From Chiloscyllium plagiosum (lineage: Eukaryota): a stretch of DNA of 64,000 nt. Shown piece by piece: positions 12,201 through 25,332 of this stretch; the stretch's first letter is position 1; the number at the start of each line of letters is the position of its first letter. A program made the translations under genes and the position numbers. The stretch covers positions 53,367,413 through 53,431,412 of the forward strand of contig NC_057718.1 in NCBI RefSeq assembly GCF_004010195.1, given 5' to 3'. The notes under the pieces were generated by a model that was given only the letters and a program-made list of their open reading frames with translations, was not told the DNA's origin and did not search any database.

Positions 12201-13546
12201 AACTATAATAGCTTCAGCTGCAATCGAGAACCAAGTCACACATTTCAGTTGGTCTAAAGGTGACTGTGGCTCTGAATTTCTATGCATCAGAGTGATTGCA
12301 GACTGGAAAAGGTGACTGTATTATTATATCAAACAGGTCTCAAGTGCACGGAAAATGTGGCTAGTGCAAATAGCTAATGAACACAGCTTTCTGCTTGGTG
12401 ATATTTAAACAGAGATCAATTTCTAACTCTTTTCCCCAGGAATATGCACGCACACATCATCCAAACCATTAGACCTTTCAGTTGTTTAGACACAATCTAG
12501 CCCATCTGTAAACTTTTGTCATGATATTTTATGCATCCTTAAACAACTTCTAAACTTTTAGTCTCATTAACTGCTTGGAGTTGATCACATCATTACCATA
12601 AAATACTAAGGTTTTAAATAATGTTCAGAAGCCAGTGACAACAGCTGCTTGGTAAGTGAGCTGCTGAATACAATTATCTCTCAAAGGTTCTTACTAAAAC
12701 CAACATATACTGAAAGAAGTTTATTAACCGTGACTTGCATTGGTAAGGGACTCCTAGGTGATACAATTGACAATCAGAAGCAAGTTTCATATAACCAGCT
12801 GCCACAGATCAAAAGAGATTTCTTCCCTGCAGCATCTCAAATTCCTATTTTATTAAGAAAAATTGACAAAGTAGAGACACATTGTCAATTTTACATTACA
12901 AAAAGTCAGCATCCTAATCCCATGAGATTATCTTTTGAAATAAATGAAATAGTATGGACCAACTGTTTAGAAGTATACACTGCATGAGAATAATACATTC
13001 TTAATTACAATGGAAAAAAACAGCAAATCTAGGAAGCAGTTTGATGGCCTGTCTCATGTGGGCAGACGCAAATTGAACCTGATGAATGTCCCAAGTATTG
13101 GTCGAACAAAAGCTGATTGAGCCTTGAGAAGATTAATTATGTAATGATGGTAAACGTAGAGGCTCATGCTGAAAATCTTTAACTTTTAACCCTTTAGAAG
13201 CCTGTATGGAATTGGCAAGATTCATCATCAGTACAGGTACCTCAGCAGTGCCTTTGAAGCAATGGTCACCTGCAGTGTATTTATATAACACCCACGCATC
13301 CAAAAACATAGTAATTCCAGGGCCTTGCTGTCAATTATTGCCACTACCATTTTTTTTTGATATGTTATTAGCATCCACAGAATTTTGGCTATATTACTTT
13401 AACTTTTCTGTAACTCCCAGAATTTATGAATTTTTGAAATTATAATATATTTTGCAAATTGGACTTCACAAGTAGCTCTTTGGGCTATATTTCATTGTTA
13501 GCACTTTGATTCCAAGACACGTGGCCGAGGCAATCAAATGAGTTTG

Positions 13547-13760
13547 AAAATGTGTTGCTGGAAAAGCGCAGCAGGTCAGGCAGCATCCAGGGAACAGGAG
13601 AATCGACGTTTCGGGCATAAACCCTTCTTCAGGGCTTATGCCCGAAACGTCGATTCTCCTGTTCCCTGGATGCTGCCTGACCTGCTGCGCTTTTCCAGCA
13701 ACACAGTTTCAGCTCTGATCTCCAGCATCTGCAATCCTCACTTTCTCCTCAAAGATTTCT
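13547..13760. mobile_element. Penelope-like terminal-repeat palindrome with 15-bp TSD
   Basis: 75-bp inverted arms 13551-13625 and 13631-13705 with one mismatch; flanked by aatcaaatgagtttg at 13532-13546 and 13761-13775. Confidence 0.85.
13601..13632 (-). ncRNA. Minimal hammerhead-ribozyme-like motif (Penelope type)
   Basis: Minus strand CTGAAGA-A-GGGT-TTAT-GCCC-GAAA-C-GTC-GATT: core boxes, stem II, and a palindromic ACGT stem III. Confidence 0.6.
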
Positions 13761-15134
13761 AATCAAATGAGTTTGTCACATTTGAATAAGTTTTGACAGA
13801 CGGGGACTGAACAGACTAACATTTTGATAGAGGTGGAAATAGAGGTACTGAGGGCCTTTAAATGAGTGTTTAATCCTTTGGATTTGCAAATAAGGACACA
13901 AATATGTATGATATTCAATTTGCAAAATCAGTCTCTCTTTTACATATGCAACGCCCATCCAGCCTGTTGTGCTGGAAAGAATGTCCCACATACAGCTTAA
14001 CGCATGGCTCATAAAAAGTTTATTTGAAATGACCAGAAAGAAAGTAAGTTAACGAAAAGACACTCACTTTCAAATATGGTGCCAGGAAAATGAAGCATAG
14101 TCCTCCTATGCCCAATGCAATATCAAAGACCACTCCGAGATCCAGCCAGTCCTCTCACAATTGCAATGTCTCCAACTGCTTCCCTCTCTCCTGCTGCACT
14201 CTTCTCTAACCATCATTCCCCTCGCTCCTGATTGCACTTTTCACTTCCCATGAGAAATGTTGCCAACAATATAATGGCATAAAATCTAATGCAAATCACC
14301 AATGATCTACTTGGGGAGACTCATCATGTCTGTAGCTCAAGATATGAGGTTTATTCCCTCCGATTTGCCAGTTTAAATCAATTTCTAAATCTTAGCTTTC
14401 AGTATTGTCAATCATTTCTATCATAATATCTCTGAGATTATTACCTTTTACCAATCTTCATAATCTATGATGGAGTAATGAGAATGAGACATTTATTTTC
14501 ATTGCACATTCTTCAGTGCCACAGTATATACCAAACCTACACGTATTTTGCTGTCTCTAATGTTTTTGGTTTGGTGGTTTATTTTGCATGTGAAGTTATC
14601 ATAGCTCCACTTCAGAATAACTGAACATCTAAGTGGCTGTGTGAATATCAGAGAGAGTGATGACTTGCTCAATCTATGATTTGATTACCAGGAAATTGTT
14701 CATTTGTCACCGGACACATTAAAAGAAAACTAATGCATCTTAGAGAAGGAAAGTCACAGCTGGGATATGTGAAAAGCCCTGAACTGTCTGCCTCAACAGC
14801 TATAGGAGTTGATTTATAAAAGACTCACAACCTGCAATGCACAGCACAATAATTTTGTCTCCCTAACTGCTAGTGTTCTGTCAGAAACAATCGTTCATTC
14901 ATGAATGTGAGTACAATTGGCCACATCAAATGACATCTTGTATGTGGTGGCAGTCCTATCCATTCACTGCAATATTCACATTTATGAGGGAAAACTTATT
15001 TTTCACGGGTAGACTGACAAATCCTTTGAATAAAATTATTCTCTCATCTCCCTTCCACCCCTTCCTTCATCTGTTGGTCTTCCTTCTCCAAAATGATGAC
15101 AAACAAAGGAAAGTGAACTGAGAACAAAATATCT

Positions 15135-18100
15135 TGCGTACTTTGGCTTTAAAAGGTTTATTTCATCCTTATTTTTTTGAAGAGAGGTTTTAAGACAGAG
15201 GTCTATTCAAAGCCAATAAAGTAAACAGCTTGTAACGGGCTTTTTTATGTTGGAACAAGAGAAACAGCATAAATGGGTGGAGTCAGGCTCCCACAGAACC
15301 GGGTTTTAGTTTAGCTCTCAGTAATTGTTGGGATTTTGAAGTTGGCTGTGGAAGTTGTTATATCTCTCTTTGCCACAGCAAAAATCTGGAGGTCTCTCTC
15401 TGTAACAGAGTTTCTCTTGTTGTTCTTCTGGGCTGGAGAAAAACTGCATGTGAGACAATCTATTTTACTGAATTTGCTTTTGCCAAGGGTGTATTTATAA
15501 GATGTTATTTTGTTGGAACAGTTGCTGTTTAGTAGTTAAATAATCTATTATTCTGTTAAGGTTTCCAATAATTAAAATTTTACTAATTCTTCTTTCTTTT
15601 GTTTGTATTTTAACTGTAGGGTAAGAATAAAGTGTGTTTTGCTTAAAACTGAATAATGTAACCATTGAATTAGATAGGGGAGGCTCAGTGGTTAGTACTG
15701 CTGCTTCACAGTGCCAGGGACCCGGGTTCAATTCCCGCCTCAGGCAATTGTCTGTGTGGAGTTTGCACATTCTCCCCGTGTCTGCGTGGGTTTCCTCCGG
15801 GTGCTCCAGTTTCCTCCCACAGTCCAAAGATGTGCAGGTTAGGTGAATGGTCATGCTAAATTGCCCGTAGTGTTAGGTGCAGGGGTTGCTCTTTGGCGAG
15901 TCGGTGTGGGCTTGGTGGGCCGAAGGGCCTGTTTCCACATTGTAGGGAATCTAATCTAGAACATAGCATCTTACACTTGCCTTTAAATAAGACAAAAGTT
16001 TGGGTCTAGACTATCGCCTTAGTATACTTGAAGAAGTCTGGATCAGTACCGAAAACACTGGAGCTCTTGTTGGGATCAAGATCTCTAATTCCTGGTTAGG
16101 TTTAGGATTATTAGACTCAAAGACAGTGAGTAGTGAGTGTTGGTGTTTTTTTTCAGGTGTTGTAGTCAGTTGGTTTATACAGGGTGTGCCTCATGCACTA
16201 ATGGGTCTTTCAGTTGCCAAGAGTTCCTGAGGGTAGAAGAACACATTTTGGATGTTTTGTAGAAAGTGAGCAAGGCAAAACTTTCAGAAATGGCAAACAA
16301 AGTTGGAACTGCCTGTGTCTTTGATGAAACAGGTATTTATGACTGAAATCAAAGCTTCCGAGTTTCCTTAGAGGAGATGAAGTGTTAGTCTTACTACCAG
16401 TGGCAGGTGAACCTTTAGAAGCAAGGTCTAGTGGGCCTTATCAAACAAAAGGAAGTTGACTGAGCTGAATTATTTGATAAGAACAACAGGTAGAAGGAAA
16501 GCTCACAGAATGTGTCATGTGATACATGCAAGTGGCATTTTGATAGGGAAGGAAAGCAAAAGGAGAATGTTAATGTTACAACTTGGAATGGAGAACCAAA
16601 TCCAGATAAATTAGAATTTGATATTCATCAAATTAAATTGGATAATAATGAAGTTCCCAAACATTGGAATAAATTATTGAGTTATCTTCCAGAGGCAAAT
16701 TGAAATGACTTGAAAGAGTTATTGCTATCACATGGGGAGATATGTGGGAATAACTTGGGAAATACTGACATGATTATACACGATGTAGACATAGGAAATG
16801 TTATTCCAAATAAGCAGCACCCTTATAGCCTGAACTCTTTAAAATTGGAAAAGGTTCAAAAAGAGATGGAAAGCATTGTCAAAGACAATAATAATTGAAG
16901 TGAGTTGCAGTAAATACTGTAAATACAGTAATGGCGTTAAAACCAGATGAAACCCAATGCTTACGTGTTGATTACTGCAAAGTCAACGCAATTACAAAAT
17001 CTGATTCGTATCCTAATCCACAGCTGGAAGACTGTATTGAGAAGATGCGACAAGTAACTTATATTTAGAAGCTGGACTTAGTCAAAGGATGCTGGCCGAT
17101 ACCTTTATCTCAGAGAGCAAAGGAAATTTTGGCTTTTGTGGCACCAGTTTAAAGTTAGTTCATTAGTAATGACAAATACACCAGCTAAATTTCAAAGGCA
17201 AACCAATTAAGTCATTTTGGGATTACCCTTTTGCGTGACATACACAGGTGATCTGGTCATTTTTAGTCACACTTGGAAGGAACATTTGGAGTATCGACTA
17301 AAATTGTTCGATTGACTTCAGAAAGCGGGCTAGGTAAGAATGATTTTGCAAAAGCCAAGGTCACGTTCTTAGGCCATATCATTGGGATATGGGCAGATAG
17401 CCCCATGGAATGTGAAAACAAAGGTCATTGGAGAGGTTCCCATACAGTTGACGAAGAGGAAACTGTTATGAGTCCTGGGTCTGAGTGTTTTTTGTTGAAA
17501 ATTCATACCAAATTTTACCAGTATGGTTGCTCTATTGACTAATTTGTTGAAGAAATTTCAAAATATCAGTGGGTGCAAATATGTCAGAAGATATCTGACA
17601 GCCTGAAGCCAGTATTAATCACTGCATTAGTGCTGGTCATGGTTAATTATGCAAAGCCATTCAAGGTGACTATTGATGCGAGTGATGTGCGTATCAGTGC
17701 TGTACTCTTGCAAGAAGATGTCAGGAAGATAGAAAGACCTATTGAATATTTTTTCGGAAAGTTGAAAGTCATTAACAGAAATATTCTGCAATTAAGAAGG
17801 AGATCTTGAGTGTGGTGTTGGCGTTGCAACATTTCAACATTTACATTGCCAGTAATATGTCTGAGACAATTGTATACACTGATCATAACCCCTTAACATT
17901 TTTGGAAAAGTTTGTAGATAAAAGTATCATATCGTTTAAATGGAGTTTATTGTTCCAGGCATTTAATTTGAAAATTATACACATGGCAGGATAAGAGATT
18001 GTAATTGTCAACAAGTTGTCTTGGCTTTGATGAAGGAAGACATGAATGTTTGGTAGCAGGAGAAATGGTTTGAATTGGACTGTAGCATTGAATGTTTGCA

Positions 18101-18290
18101 TGTTTAGAGTCAGTGTAATGTATATATATTGTTGTGTATTAACAGTGTAAGACCAAAGTGTTTTAAAAATGAACCTATCTTTCTTTCTTTCTGAAAGATG
18201 GATCTTTCTTTTAAGTGGAGAGGTGTGATGATACTGTAGCTTTCAGCAATCTATTTTGCCCTTTTTTTTAAGGAAGCCAGGCTAGGCAAG
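15135..18290 (+). mobile_element. Decayed Gypsy/Ty3 LTR retrotransposon, Gmr1-like domain order, internally deleted
   Basis: 5' LTR about 15135-16057; degenerate tRNA-Pro-like PBS tggagctcttgttgggatc at 16059; gag start about 16200; integrase C-terminus (GDEVLVLLPVAGEPLEARSSGPYQ) about 16350-16550; RT (HDVDIG..KQHPY, KVTFLGHIIG); RNase H (KPFKVTIDASD, IVYTDHNPLTFL); PPT aagtggagagg then TG-starting 3' LTR at 18224. Confidence 0.88.
15675..15958 (+). mobile_element. HE1-type SINE inserted in the Gypsy 5' LTR
   Basis: Full head, V-domain and (aatct)n tail. Confidence 0.93.
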
Positions 18291-19107
18291 GAATGCAGGT
18301 TTCTTCCTTTGAAGGACTGAACCCAGCTTCAAAATCAAAATCAAAATTACTTGTTGAATTTTCACCCCAGAGGCTGCCTTGTCAAGATTTGATTCTGTGC
18401 CTCACCCCCTGACATTAACTGGGATGTCGAGCCCATTGACATTACAATTACACGATTGTCTCCCCATCTCCCACTGTTCATGAGGACACATGAATGGATC
18501 AGGTTAAACAATCCTTGAGAGTCAAATGTTTCAGCTGTTTGAGGAATAAATGATGTGCTTCTTTTGATCAAAGTGATTAGCAACAGGCAAATCTGTGACT
18601 CTGACACAAAAAAAAACAACTTTGCTGCTTTGTAATTTTAAAACGAAGAAAGGTTGAAATTTTCTATTTGCCAATGAGGTTATTGGAGAACAGTGAACAT
18701 GCCTTAACAGAATGGAAGAGAGCCAAGACAAAAGTGGTGTTGTCCAACTGCCCCCTACAGTACTGACGTCTTGTCAGTTTCATCACCACATACTGCTTCT
18801 TTCCCATTCTGGAATGCTTCTAGTCTTTTGAATCAGCAACATGAAAATGAAGAATTTATTTATTAAATTAGCAGTGAAATGGACAATGTGTATGCAATTA
18901 AGCTTGGAATGCACATCACAAACATTAATGGATGTATACGGAATTATAAAATGATTTGATGCACTAATTAAAGTGAAGATATTTCCTGCGATTGGGAAAT
19001 CGAACAAAGGATAAGAATTCTATCAACCACAACTGTCAGCAGAATTTTGTAGTTTTATTTCAGATGAAATTTAGTGGCAGCGTGGAATTGTATCTCCGTA
19101 AAGTGTG

Positions 19108-19191
19108 GATTGGATTAGATTAGATTGGATTAGATTCCCTACAGTGTGGAAACAGGCCCTTCAGCCCAACAAGTCCACACCGACCCTCCGA
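19108..19191 (-). mobile_element. 5'-truncated HE1 SINE tail
   Basis: (gatta)n then ccctacagtgtggaaacaggcccttcagcccaac. Confidence 0.85.
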
Positions 19192-19249
19192 ATTCAATGA
19201 ATCAGGGTTGGAGATGAATGGCAACCTTAAGTAAACTTGCTAGGTACTT

Positions 19250-19410
19250 GTTTTTTTTGTTCAAACATAGGAAGGAGGGCGTAGCTGGCTGGCAGCACTT
19301 TATTGCCCATTCCTTTTGAGAAGATGGTGGTGAGCTGCCTTCTTGAACCACTGCGGTCCATGTACTGTAGGAAGACCCACAATAATGGAGGGAGTTCCAG
19401 GATTTCAGGA
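19250..19410 (-). mobile_element. 3' end of the second LINE family (as at 22380-22480)
   Basis: tttattgccca...ttgagaagatggtggtgagctgcc is the reverse complement of the tail at 22385-22430. Confidence 0.65.
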
Positions 19411-19629
19411 ATATAGAAGTAGTCCATTCAGCCCTGGAACCTATTCTGCTACTCAATAAGGATCAGTTAGGTTGATCTGTCACCTAACTCCATATGGGCC
19501 TGTCTTGGGCCTAAATCCCTATATATCACTGCTTAATAAAAATTACTTCATCTCAGATTTAAATTGAACTGTTATTTGAGGATGAGAGTTCCAAACCTTT
19601 ACTATTCTTTGCATGTAGAAGTTTAGAAG

Positions 19630-22480
19630 GCTCACTAATGTGGAAGGAAACCTGCCATCCTAACCCCATCTGGTCTACATGTGACTCTAGACCCACAGCG
19701 ATGTGGCTGGCTCCCAATTGCCCTCTGAAATGGCTTAGCCAGCCACTCCATTACATCAGGCACTATGAAGTCTCAACAAAGGAATGACACCTGACAGACC
19801 ACTTGGCATTGACCTCGGCACCAGAAAACACAACGACAGAAACAGCCCTGTTGACCCTGAAAAGATCTCCTTACTAACATCTGGGGGTTAGTGCCGAATT
19901 TGGAGAGCTGTCTCACAGACTCATCAAGCAACAACCTGACATAGTCATAGACACAGGATCATACCTTGCATACTATGTCCCAGACACCACTGTCACCATC
20001 CCTGGATAAGTCCTACCCCACTGGCAGAACAGACCCACAGAGATGGTGCACAGTGACATATAGTCAGGAGGGAGTTTCCCTGGGAGTCCTCCACATTGAT
20101 TCTCGACTCAATGAAGTCCCATGACTTCAGGTTAAATATGGGCAAAGAAACCTCCTGCTTGTTACCACATACCATCCTTCTTCAGCTGAGGAATTGGTAC
20201 ATTTCCACGTTGAATAACTGAGAGGGGCAAGGGTGCAAAGTGTACCCTGGGTTGAGGATTTCAGTGCCAACCACTAACAGTGTCTCGGCAGCAGCACTAC
20301 TGATCGAGCGGGTCAGGTCCTAAAGGACATAGCTGCTAGACTGAGGCTGCAGCAAGTGGTGAGAGAACCAATAAGAGGGAGGAATATTCTTGACCTTATC
20401 CTCACCAATTCGCTGACTGCAGGTGCATAAGCAAACAGCATAAGCAGCAAGTGATAGGCAGAGCTAAGCCAGCCCGCAACAAACAGGTCAGATCTAAGCT
20501 CTGCAGTCCTGTCACATCCAGTTATGAATGGTGGTGGACAATTTAAAAACTCACTGAAGGAGGAAGCTCCACAAATGTCACCATCCCCAATGATCGAAGA
20601 GGCCAACACATCAGTATAAAAGATCAAGCTGAAGTATTTGCAACAACACCCAGTTGCCACTTACCTCCTGACCTCATTACAGTCTTCGTTCAAACATGGA
20701 CAAAAAATCTGAATTCCAGAGGTGAGGTGAAGCAAAGACTAAGGGGTGCATATGCATAGTTTCTTGAAACTGGAGTCTCAAGTAGACAGGGTGGTGAAGA
20801 AGGCATTTGGCGCACTTATCTTCATTGGTCAGTGCATTGAGTATAAGAGTTGGACATCATGTTGCAGCTGTACAGGACATTGGTGAGACCACTTTTGGAA
20901 TATTGCATTCAATTCTGGCCTCCCTGCTATATGAAAGCTGTTGTTAAACTTGAAAAGATTTATAAAGCTGGTGCTGGGATTGGAGGATTTGAGCTATAGG
21001 GAAAGGCTGAATAGGCTGAAGCGGTTTTCCCTGGAATGTCGGAGGCTGAGGAGTGACCTTATAGAGATTTACATAATCATGAGGGTCCTGGATAGGATGA
21101 ATGGTCAAGGTCTTTTTCCCGGCATAGGGAAATCCAGAACTACAAGATATAGGGTGAAAAGGGAAAGATTTAAAAGGGACCTGAGGGCACCTTTTTCACA
21201 CAGATGATGATGCGTGTATGGAATGAGCTGCCAGAGGAAGTGGTGGAAGTGGATACAATTACAACATTTAAAATGCATCCGAATGGGTGCACGGATAGGA
21301 AGGGTTTAGAGGGATAAGGGCCATTTGTGGCAAATGGGACTAGATCTGTTTAGGATGTCTGGTTGGCATGGATGCTTTATAGCTGTATGACTCTATGATT
21401 CTATGAGGGTGACAACCCTCCAACTTAATGCGTATTCAACTGAGTATGATATCAAGGAGCCCTAGTAAAACTCGAATCAATGGTATCGGGGGGCAAAATC
21501 TCTACTGGTTGGAGTCATACCTGGTACCTGGGAAGATAGTTGAAGTTTGTTGGATGTCTGTTATCTCAGCTCCAGGATATCGCTGCAGGAATTCCTCAGG
21601 ATAGTGTCCTCAGTCCAACCATCTTTGGCTGCTTCATCAACATCCTTCCCTCCATCATAAGGTCAGAAGTGGGAATGTGTGTAATAAGTTCACAATTTTC
21701 AGAATTTTCATGACTCCTCAGATACTGAAGCAGTCCATGTTGCAATGCAACACGACCTGGATAATATATAGCCTTGGGCTGATCATAAGTGGTAGCACTT
21801 GTGGCACACACAGGCCAGGCTTTGACCATCTCCAGTAAGTGACAGTGTAACCACTGCCCCTTGACATTCATTTATGTTGCCATCACTGAATCCTCCACAA
21901 TCAACATCCTGGGGATTACCATTGACCAGAAACTCAAATGGACTCAACACATAAACACGGTGCCCAGAACAGCGGGTCAGAGGCTAGGAATAATGTAGGG
22001 AGTAACTTACATCCTAACTCTCCAAAGGCTATCCACTGTCTACAAGGCACAAGTCAGGAATGTGATGGAATAATTCCCACTTTCCTGGATGGGTGCAGCT
22101 CCAACAACACTCAAGAAGCTTGACACCATCGAGGACAAAGCAGCCGCTTAATTGGCACCACACCGACAAGCATCCACTCCCTCCACGACTGACACTCAGC
22201 AGCAGCAGTGTGTACTATCTACAAGATGCACTGCGGAAATTCAGCAAAGATTCTTAGACAGCACCACATCTTTCTAGAAGAACAAGGCCAGCAGATACAT
22301 GGGAACATCAACACCTGAAAGTCCCCCTCCAAGTCACTCACCATCCTGACTTGGAAATAGATTGCTATCGCTTGACTGTTGCTCAGCTCACCACCCCTTC
22401 TCAAGGGCAACTAGAGACAAGCAATAAATGTTGGCCAGGCAACAACACCCGCATTACACAAATGAATATTAAAAAAATTA
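19630..22480 (+). mobile_element. Decayed LINE of a second family (CR1/L2 group), AP-endonuclease plus RT, internally deleted
   Basis: Endonuclease relic (NIWGLVP, KQQPDIVI, VLKDIAARLRLQQVVREPIRGRNILDLILTN), RT relic (GIPQDSVLSPTIFGCFINILPS) and caataaatg tail. Confidence 0.8.
20730..21405 (+). mobile_element. CR1/HER1-like 3' fragment nested in the second-family LINE
   Basis: LYRTLVRPLLEYCIQFW, LSYRERLNRL, WNELPEEVVE and a (tctatga)n tail; host sequence resumes at gagggtgac. Confidence 0.9.
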
Positions 22481-22564
22481 TACAGACCTGATGCAGTTAA
22501 AGGTGATTCCAGAACCTTCAGGTAAAAAGCTCCAGAAGTTCAAACCAAATCTAAATGCTAGAAA

Positions 22565-22750
22565 TTGGAAATACAAAACAAACTGAAAGTGCTAGAAACA
22601 CTCAGCAGCACTAACTATCTGTGGAGACAAAGTTAATGTTTCACAAGAATTGAGAAACTTGTGACATTGCTAACTTTTCTCAAGTTCTGTGAACTAAAAT
22701 GTTAACTCTGTTTCTCTGCCTGACTTGCGTTTGTAGTACTTTGAGTTATT
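22565..22750. mobile_element. Degenerate Penelope-like terminal-repeat palindrome
   Basis: tgctagaaacactcagcagc...gttaatgttt and aaaatgttaactctgtttctctgcctgac arms resemble 38330-38547. Confidence 0.55.
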
Positions 22751-23394
22751 ATTCCAAGAGCCTACTCTCAATTCCAGGAATCTGTAATTCAAGTCCCTGC
22801 ATGCACTCTTCAAGTTTAAACATGCCTCATACCTGCCCATCACTTCCATGCTAAAATGTGTCTGACACATTGTGGATGCAACTATTGAGATTTCTTCACG
22901 GAAAGGCCATTGTACCATATTATGCCTCAATTTAAATAGGTTTCCTTGAATACTCAGAACGTTTATAGTGGAGACAGTAAAATCACTTCCAGAAATGTGG
23001 GTGTATCAATTACCAGGTGAAGACAAAGCAGAAATCATTTTTATCTCAACTTACTCTCTAAACTGTGTTGGGCTAACATGCAATTCAGATATACAAAAAT
23101 GTGAAGAGTTTTGGAGGCTTGAATATATTCAAAAGGGTTTTTTCTGTATCTGTCCCAAGCACATTCTTCTGCAGGTGTGATTTTCTGTGCTCCACCAAAA
23201 AATCATCAGCTGATCACAACATCTTTGCAAAACTAAAAATGAAAATGGTAGATATATTCGGAGCTGACTGACTTATGTTCCTCCATTGATATTAATTCTG
23301 CTGTTGAATAGTTCTTGCTTTTATTGCTTTTTGATTTCAGTTTTACAACGGCAATGTTTTGCTTTTTGATTATTTCTGTGGTATTGTTCCAATA

Positions 23395-23760
23395 AGGAAA
23401 ATAAATTATTTACATTATATAGTGCTTTTCACATCTTGAAGATGTGTCAAAGTGCTGTAGAGCCAGTCAGTTATTTTTGGAGTCATTATGTCAGTAAATG
23501 TAGTAGCTAATTTGCATATATCCTCAGATACAGCAAATAAATGAAAAGATAGATAATCTAATTCTTTTCTAAGATTGTTGATTGAAATACTCAGAGAATT
23601 TCATCCTCTTCAAAAAATACATCTTTGACATCTCAATAAACAGTTGTTATCAAAATGATTGTAGGCACTCAGTGAGGTATCAATAAGTGCTTATACACTG
23701 GAGTGTTGCTGAATCCCACTGACATTCTTATTCACAAGGAAGGCTGCCATCGTAAGGTAA
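23395..23760 (-). mobile_element. Decayed Deu-domain SINE
   Basis: atatagtgcttttcacatc...aaagtgctgtagagcca...gctaatttgcat is the reverse of the Deu-SINE 3' half. Confidence 0.6.
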
Positions 23761-23864
23761 AATCAAAATTTCTGAAACTGTACATAAATCACTTAACTAC
23801 AGCAAGAGCACCAGTGAGAGAAGAACAAGCATCACGAAGGCAGCAGTGAAGTGGCAGTGAGAAG

Positions 23865-24264
23865 TGAGAACAGAGAACACAGCAGAGACCCAAGAACTGA
23901 GAGCACAGCAGAGATTCTATAACAGAGTGAAAAGCAAAGACTGAGGAGAACACAGCAGAATCTGAGAGCAGAGAGCACAGCAGAGACCTGTGAACACGGA
24001 ACACAGCAAAAACTGAAAACAGTGTTCAATACAATGTCTGAGAACACATTGCACAGTACAAAACAGAGAATACAGCAGCGACTAGGGAACAGAAAACACA
24101 GCAGAGACCTGAGACCAGAGGATACAGCAGATAACCTGAAAACAAAGAACAAAGAAGAGATCCTGAAAACAGAGAACATGGCAGAACTGAGAACAGAGAA
24201 CACAGCAGAGATCCAAGAACAGAGAGCACAGCAGAGACTGACACCAGACAGCACAGCAGAATCA
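23865..24264. repeat. Degenerate minisatellite, about 16 units of 24-27 bp
   Basis: Approximate consensus TGAGAACAGAGAACACAGCAGAGACC. Confidence 0.85.
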
Positions 24265-25332
24265 TGAGGCTAATAAATAGAGGGACGACATGCATGTCGA
24301 TCCTGCAAAGTGCACACCTGGCTGCATGTGGTGACTCCAGAACACTTGTCCAGTCCTGGAGCACCTTGTGTGTCACACGTGTCATCAGCACAAAAGAGTT
24401 CAATCTCTGAGTTTTGGAGCTTGAGTAGCAGCAAGAGTCATTTGTAGTCCATTTATAAAGTTGAGACTTTTGTAGAGTAGTGCATTTGTGGGTGCGTTTT
24501 CCACAGCTTTGAACATTACAGATGAGAAGGAGGTGGCTGTCAGACAATCAAAGAGGACCAGCTCTGAACATTAATATTTGTGATTGTTCTTCTGAGGAAT
24601 GCAGACAGTGTGAAGTCTGTAACACCATGGGTGACTCAGCAATGCTGGAGCATGGGAGGGGAAATCGAAAAGCAATAATGATGGATATTTCTTTAGATAG
24701 GAAAACACAAATATCTGTGCAGCTGCATATGATTCCAGTAAGGTTTTCAGCCTGAGTCAAGGACATCACTGAACAGTTGTAGAGCAGTCTGTATGGAAAG
24801 CTGGGGGATGAGCATCAAGGATTCAATGTCCATATCAGTACCAACAGGAAAGATGGATGAGGAATGCAATGGGAAGTACAAGGGAAACTCAAAAGGCCTG
24901 GCAGCATCTTTGCAGAGAGAGAAACATAGTTAACATTTTGAGTCTGACATGACTCTTTTGGTTTTATGCTTTTGAAAATAGGGGGATGGGCAAATGAAAC
25001 CAAAATTATGGTCAGGTAAAGATTTGACTGGAGCCAAGACTAGATAGCAGAAGTGTCATAGAATTATCAAAGGGATTGATAATGATGTAAAGTAAACTGT
25101 ATACTGTAAACTGCTCAAGAGTAAGTATTAAGAGTAAAGTAAAGGTCAATTCTGGCTAAAGGCAAAAACATGAAAATGGAGCATAAACATTGGAGGAAGA
25201 AAAGTATCAAAATAAAGGACAGAGTACATGGTCTGTAATTGTTGAATGCAATGTGGAGTCCAGAAGACAGTAAAGAACGCTGAGGCAGAAAATGAGACAC
25301 TGCTCCTCCAGCTTAACATGGGCTTCACTGTA

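Noticed and set aside
12649..12987. 112-aa ORF (and similar 60-120 aa ORFs in unique DNA) as a host gene
   Set aside because: No recognisable domain, non-ATG start and no convincing exon boundaries
23832..24267. 140-aa hydrophobic and 81-aa charged ORFs
   Set aside because: Products of the low-complexity minisatellite
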